From positions 2,463-66,462 of the forward strand of contig JAGALK010000145.1 in assembly GCA_017625255.1 (NCBI GenBank): a stretch of DNA of 64,000 nucleotides, written 5' to 3'. The notes below the pieces were generated by a model that searched no databases, was not told where the DNA came from, and was given only the letters and a program-made list of their open reading frames with translations. Shown in pieces: positions 60,814 through 64,000 of this stretch. Within the stretch, counting starts at the first letter, position 1. Each line of letters opens with the position of its first letter. Source of the DNA: Lachnospiraceae bacterium. Its GTDB lineage: Bacteria; Bacillota; Clostridia; Lachnospirales; Lachnospiraceae. The translations under genes and the position numbers were made by a program.

Positions 60814-60951
60814 CGTATTGCGACGCTGTATTTTCGATTTTTAGCCGTTTTTGCCGGTTTAGGGTAGTCTTATATATCTTTTGTATTTTTGGGTGGCTAA
60901 ATAAGGCTAAAACAAAGCGTGGGGACCTTTTTTATTTTGGCGTATTGTTAC

Positions 60952-61569
60952 TCACGAAACCGTTGGTATAAATGATGATAATGGAAGCGGTGATGGCGTG
61001 ATAATATCTTCGTATAAAAGTGTGAAGCTGTCTTCTATCCTTTTCGGATATTTTAAAACTTGTGAAAATTCTTCACCCCAATTACATTCTTGTCTGTATT
61101 CCTCATTACTATACCATAATTTAGGTATTAACCCTACACCTAAATCATCATCTTCGTAAGTCTTTAAATAAAATCTATCATTATCAAAATCGTACTGCAT
61201 AACTAATTTACATACCGGGCGGTCTTTTGTTAATGAAGTTTGTATCGGGAAAACAAGAGTTACGCAGTTATCCAATAATCCAACATTGACACAAAGAAGC
61301 ATAGGCTGTTCTTGGTCGTTTAGCTTCACAACATACGGATAACCTACTTTGCTTAATTTCCTACCATACTTTCTTGTAATAGTTTGGTAGTTATGATTTG
61401 GGTAGCGATGATTTATTTTTTTATCTTCCAGCTTTTCTTCTCCAAGAGTAAAGTTAAAAGATAATACTTCCCAATTTGAATAAGGGAAATAACAGCTGAA
61501 ATCAAAAACAATTAAGCCTTCGTCGTCCTTAATAGATATTTCATTTTTTAATAAATCGTTAATTTCCAT
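60952..61569 (-). CDS. hypothetical protein (205 aa)
   Basis: Trimmed to ATG 61569 (SD ggag, 9-nt spacing). The longer track form has no SD. Confidence 0.5.
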   Translation of the reverse strand: MEINDLLKNEISIKDDEGLIVFDFSCYFPYSNWEVLSFNFTLGEEKLEDKKINHRYPNHNYQTITRKYGRKLSKVGYPYVVKLNDQEQPMLLCVNVGLLDNCVTLVFPIQTSLTKDRPVCKLVMQYDFDNDRFYLKTYEDDDLGVGLIPKLWYSNEEYRQECNWGEEFSQVLKYPKRIEDSFTLLYEDIITPSPLPLSSFIPTVS

Positions 61570-61768
61570 TTTTTTCATCTCCTTTTTCATTATCAGTCCA
61601 TACACATACAATGGGTTCGCTGTCGCATGAACAGTTATTATACTCAATGTCTTCCATTGCCTTATCTTTTGCTATTTGTTCCGCTTCTTCTTCTGTTTCC
61701 GCTTCGATTTCGCCGTCGTAGTAATCAATCGAAATCATTACTGATACGCTTGCGTTCCATTTTGCCAT
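61559..61768 (-). CDS. acidic hypothetical protein (69 aa)
   Basis: Trimmed to ATG 61768, which shares one base with the upstream TAA (TAATG) and has SD gagaggggg. Confidence 0.45.
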   Translation of the reverse strand: MAKWNASVSVMISIDYYDGEIEAETEEEAEQIAKDKAMEDIEYNNCSCDSEPIVCVWTDNEKGDEKNGN

Positions 61769-62805
61769 TAGTTTGCCCCCTCTCCTGCCTGCCAGCTGGT
61801 ACTTGGCATACAATTCCATTTAATTTCTTCGCCATTACTGGTACAAACGACGGATCCTTGTTCATCAGTTCTGAATACATTTATTCCGTAATTCCGCAAT
61901 AAATTAAGCACCGTTGCGTGAGGTTGGAAATATTCATTGTTTTCGCCTACGCTAATAACTGCATATTCGGGAGATACTTCCGCAAGGAATGTGGGTGTGG
62001 TGGAAGTCTTGGAACCGTGATGCGATATTTTTAATACATCACAGTCTATATTATAAATTCCTTCTACCATATCTGCTTCTGCCAACTCTTCTGCATCTCC
62101 ACAAAACAGATATTTCGTAGAACCATATTCTAACAGTATGCAGATTGAATTATCATTACACTCTTCATACATCTGCACCGGACCGATAATTGTGAATGTT
62201 GCATCGCCTAAATTATAAGTATCACCTACGCTGGGAACTTCTGATACATACCCTTTTTCTTTCATTGCTTCTTCCACATAATACATCGTCCCGGTATCTC
62301 TATCGTAACCGGAGAAGAATATTTTATCGCAGGTCAATATTTCGCTACCAAAGATTTCAGATAAACCTCCTATATGGTCTGCGTCCGGGTGCGTTGCAAT
62401 CACATAATCTAAATGGTTATCTTCCAGCTGGTAATCAACATACGCTTCTACGCCTTCTCCATAATCCCAATATCCAGCATCTATCAGCATTGCATCATCG
62501 CCACACATAATTAAGGTTGCATCTCCCTGCCCTACATCTATGAAATGAATTTCAAGGTCGCCTTCGGTTCCGATGATTACTTCTGCTGGTTCGTTTTCTT
62601 CGGCATTATTCTCCTCGCTATTACCTTCTTTTATAGCTTCAATCAATCCTTCGGTCTTCTCCACTACAAAGTTTGATAATTTATCTTCCCAGTCTTTTAC
62701 TGCAATGGGTATTTTTATGCTTCCAATATCTATCGCCGAAATCAACAAAATAAATATAACTGCTATAAGTATTCCAATGGTTATTTTAAGAAAAAACTGC
62801 TTCAT
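61768..62805 (-). CDS. membrane-anchored metallo-beta-lactamase-fold hydrolase (ComEC C-terminal-domain-like nuclease)
   Basis: N-terminal TM ITIGILIAVIFILLISAI; HFIDVGQGDATLI, ATHPDADHIGG, KISHHGS as in the ComEC/Rec2 lactamase_B domain. Confidence 0.7.
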   Translation of the reverse strand: MKQFFLKITIGILIAVIFILLISAIDIGSIKIPIAVKDWEDKLSNFVVEKTEGLIEAIKEGNSEENNAEENEPAEVIIGTEGDLEIHFIDVGQGDATLIMCGDDAMLIDAGYWDYGEGVEAYVDYQLEDNHLDYVIATHPDADHIGGLSEIFGSEILTCDKIFFSGYDRDTGTMYYVEEAMKEKGYVSEVPSVGDTYNLGDATFTIIGPVQMYEECNDNSICILLEYGSTKYLFCGDAEELAEADMVEGIYNIDCDVLKISHHGSKTSTTPTFLAEVSPEYAVISVGENNEYFQPHATVLNLLRNYGINVFRTDEQGSVVCTSNGEEIKWNCMPSTSWQAGEGAN

Positions 62806-62834
62806 ACTTCATCTCCCTTCGCTTATTTATGTAT

Positions 62835-62863
62835 ATTATACCATAACAAAACAAGAAAAACAA
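62835..62863 (-). promoter_or_regulatory. promoter of the MBL-hydrolase operon
   Basis: TTGTTT 62863-62858, 17 bp, TGgTATAAT (-10 at 62840-62835). Confidence 0.55.
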
Positions 62864-62966
62864 AAAAAGCACCAAGACTACGGGACTGTCTTGATGCTTT
62901 TCTCTATTTTTAAGATCGTAACAAAATTTTTTGTTGTCACAGAAAGGATAGCCCTCCCGTTAGGCT
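62862..62966 (-). ncRNA. candidate small RNA 2 (~105 nt), antisense to a second inverted cassette relic
   Basis: Promoter TTGCTT 63001-62996, 17 bp, TATACT 62978-62973. Terminator hairpin 62898-62868 plus U-run. Contains UCCUUUCU-GUGACAACAAAAAA-UUUUGUUAC. Confidence 0.4.
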
Positions 62967-63012
62967 GATTTAAGTATAGCACTTTGTAATGCGAAAAGCA
63001 AATTTTTACCGA

Positions 63013-63036
63013 CAGAGTATCATTATGATACCTTGT
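63013..63036 (-). promoter_or_regulatory. 7-1-7 palindromic box 3
   Basis: cagaGTATCATtATGATACcttgt, ending 12 bp upstream of the -35 of the sRNA-2 promoter. Confidence 0.5.
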
Positions 63037-63057
63037 GGGTGATATTATCTTTTTATT

Positions 63058-63081
63058 GACAGAGTATCATTATGATACTTT
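63058..63081 (-). promoter_or_regulatory. 7-1-7 palindromic box 4
   Basis: gacagaGTATCATtATGATACttt; its centre is 47 bp from box 3. Confidence 0.5.
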
Positions 63082-63088
63082 ATTGAAT

Positions 63089-63237
63089 AAAAAAATAGAC
63101 CGTACCTGCGGGAAGGTATCGGTCTGATTGTAACAAACAACTTGACTTTTTGTTGTCATATAAAGTTTTTCAACTTTAAGAAAGGAGGCACATTAGCATA
63201 AACCAATATACCAATCCGGGAGTTCCCGCCTACTCTT
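63089..63237 (-). ncRNA. candidate small RNA 1 (~150 nt), antisense to an inverted, hairpin-less relic of the leader cassette
   Basis: Promoter TTGCAT 63272-63267, 17 bp, TGgTATTAT (-10 at 63249-63244). Terminator hairpin 63125-63097 plus U7 (63095-63089). No ORF with an SD. Carries CCUCCUUUCUU (anti-SD), UGACAACAAAAA and UUUGUUACAA, in the antiparallel order of the cassette leader segments. Confidence 0.45.
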
Positions 63238-63280
63238 GATATTATAATACCACTGTTATTTTTAAAATGCAAATATCATA

Positions 63281-63371
63281 AAAAAGAAAAAGCAGACAAG
63301 TTTTTCCTGCCTGCTTTTCTTATTTATCTATAACACAAAAAAAGAAAGGATAAAGTAATGATGTACTTTAT
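63281..63371 (-). ncRNA. candidate small RNA 0 (~90 nt)
   Basis: Promoter TTGAGT 63406-63401, 17 bp, TGaTATAAT (-10 at 63383-63378). Terminator hairpin 63315-63291 plus U-run. Contains UCCUUUCUUUUUUUG, complementary to the AAAAAAAGAAAGGA flank of the hairpin-SD elements. Could alternatively be just the 3' UTR of the S1-domain gene. Confidence 0.3.
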
Positions 63372-63416
63372 ATTTGTATTATATCATCTTTTACACAAAA
63401 ACTCAAATTTTTACCA

Positions 63417-64000
63417 TTACTGAACGAAGGTTCCAAAAATCTTTTTTCTTCCGGTCTTTTCATCAATATCTTTTTCAGTAATTTTTACAACTCGTTCCTG
63501 CCCCGGCATCGGCATTTCGCCAAACTTTGGATATGCAACCAAACAGTCCATACCGTCAATATCCGGTAAGCGAACAAAAACACCGCTTGATGCAAGTGAA
63601 GTAACCACGCAGGTATAATGTCCGTTTTCGATAAAATCATCAAAGTATTTATCGGTAGGATTAACCGTAGTCTGCTTTAAGCTGAATTTAGGCTTTACGA
63701 GAGTGTAATTATTATTGTACTTTGTTACCTCTTTTGTTTTTACCTCTAAAATCTTAACATTGACAATCTGATCTACTTTGAACATTTCTCTGAAATCATC
63801 ACAGTAATTCCAGCAAATTTCATTTTCATCAGCATTTGCTCTTAATGTTCTTTCTGCACCTAATGCACAGATAGTTACGGATTTCTTATTTCTTCTTACT
63901 ACTCTACCCTGTGCAATCATTCCCGGTGTAATACGGGGCTTGCCGTCTTTGGTGGGTTTTACATAGTTAAAAAATCCGTCAGTATCTAACGCCTGCAATC
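63417..64000 (-). CDS. S1/OB-fold RNA-binding domain protein, C-terminal part (5' end outside the window)
   Basis: GRVVRRNKKSVTICALG... and GHYTCVVTSLASSGVFVRLPDIDGMDCLV resemble two S1-type motifs. The ORF is open to the window edge. Confidence 0.55.
   Translation of the reverse strand, partial: LQALDTDGFFNYVKPTKDGKPRITPGMIAQGRVVRRNKKSVTICALGAERTLRANADENEICWNYCDDFREMFKVDQIVNVKILEVKTKEVTKYNNNYTLVKPKFSLKQTTVNPTDKYFDDFIENGHYTCVVTSLASSGVFVRLPDIDGMDCLVAYPKFGEMPMPGQERVVKITEKDIDEKTGRKKIFGTFVQ

Noticed and set aside
63055-63083. Plus-strand TTGACA overlapping box 4 as a possible promoter.
   Set aside because: The hexamer 17-18 bp downstream is CTTTAT/TTTATT (poor -10), and there is no plus-strand gene to serve.
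63358-63423. Plus-strand 21-aa ORF (MMYFIFVLYHLLHKNSNFYHY) with SD aaagga, overlapped by candidate sRNA 0. This raised the possibility of a type I toxin-antitoxin.
   Set aside because: The hydrophobic stretch is only ~12 aa, too short for a TM helix. No convincing plus-strand promoter was found. The ORF runs into the convergent S1-domain gene. The SD-like box is better explained as an inverted relic of the conserved AAAAAAAGAAAGGA motif.
1-64000. Stop-codon reassignment (TAG or TGA recoding), as seen in some gut phages.
   Set aside because: Long ORFs (NrdD, topoisomerase, RecD2-like, RecG-like, the 662-aa orphan) are intact in the standard code. Stop codons sit at sensible gene ends, followed by an SD or a terminator.

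Overview
This is a 64-kb, low-GC (about 35%), very densely coded segment. It holds roughly 110 ORFs, about 90% on the minus strand. It reads like the early/replication-recombination region of a large Firmicutes phage, phage-plasmid or similar mobile replicon; SD sequences are GGAGG-type and promoters are sigma-A-type. Recognisable genes: SSB (truncated at the left edge), AAA+ ATPase, OB-fold protein, YqaJ-type exonuclease, NrdD/NrdG, RusA-like resolvase, type IA topoisomerase, tyrosine recombinase, XRE regulator, MazF-like protein, GNAT-type toxin pair, HNH nuclease, RecD2-like and RecG-like helicases, two YopX paralogs, a DNA methyltransferase, a Rep_3-type initiator with a ~700-bp iteron array, a ComEC-type MBL hydrolase and an S1-domain protein (truncated at the right edge). 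These are embedded among ~70 small orphan ORFs. I saw no rRNA, tRNA, CRISPR array, transposase or virion structural genes. The most unusual content is non-coding and has five parts. (1) A ~110-150 bp terminator-promoter-leader cassette occurs 11 times, and every copy has a terminator-like hairpin plus U-run between promoter and RBS. (2) A conserved hairpin abuts the SD of 7 genes. (3) A 610-bp ORF-free region carries three tandem promoter-to-terminator mini-units whose transcripts would be antisense to the conserved cassette/RBS motifs. (4) An oriented 7-1-7 palindromic box occurs 4 times near helicase/nuclease genes. (5) One gene has a ~390-nt multi-helix leader. All functional readings of these RNA/DNA elements are inference from sequence only.
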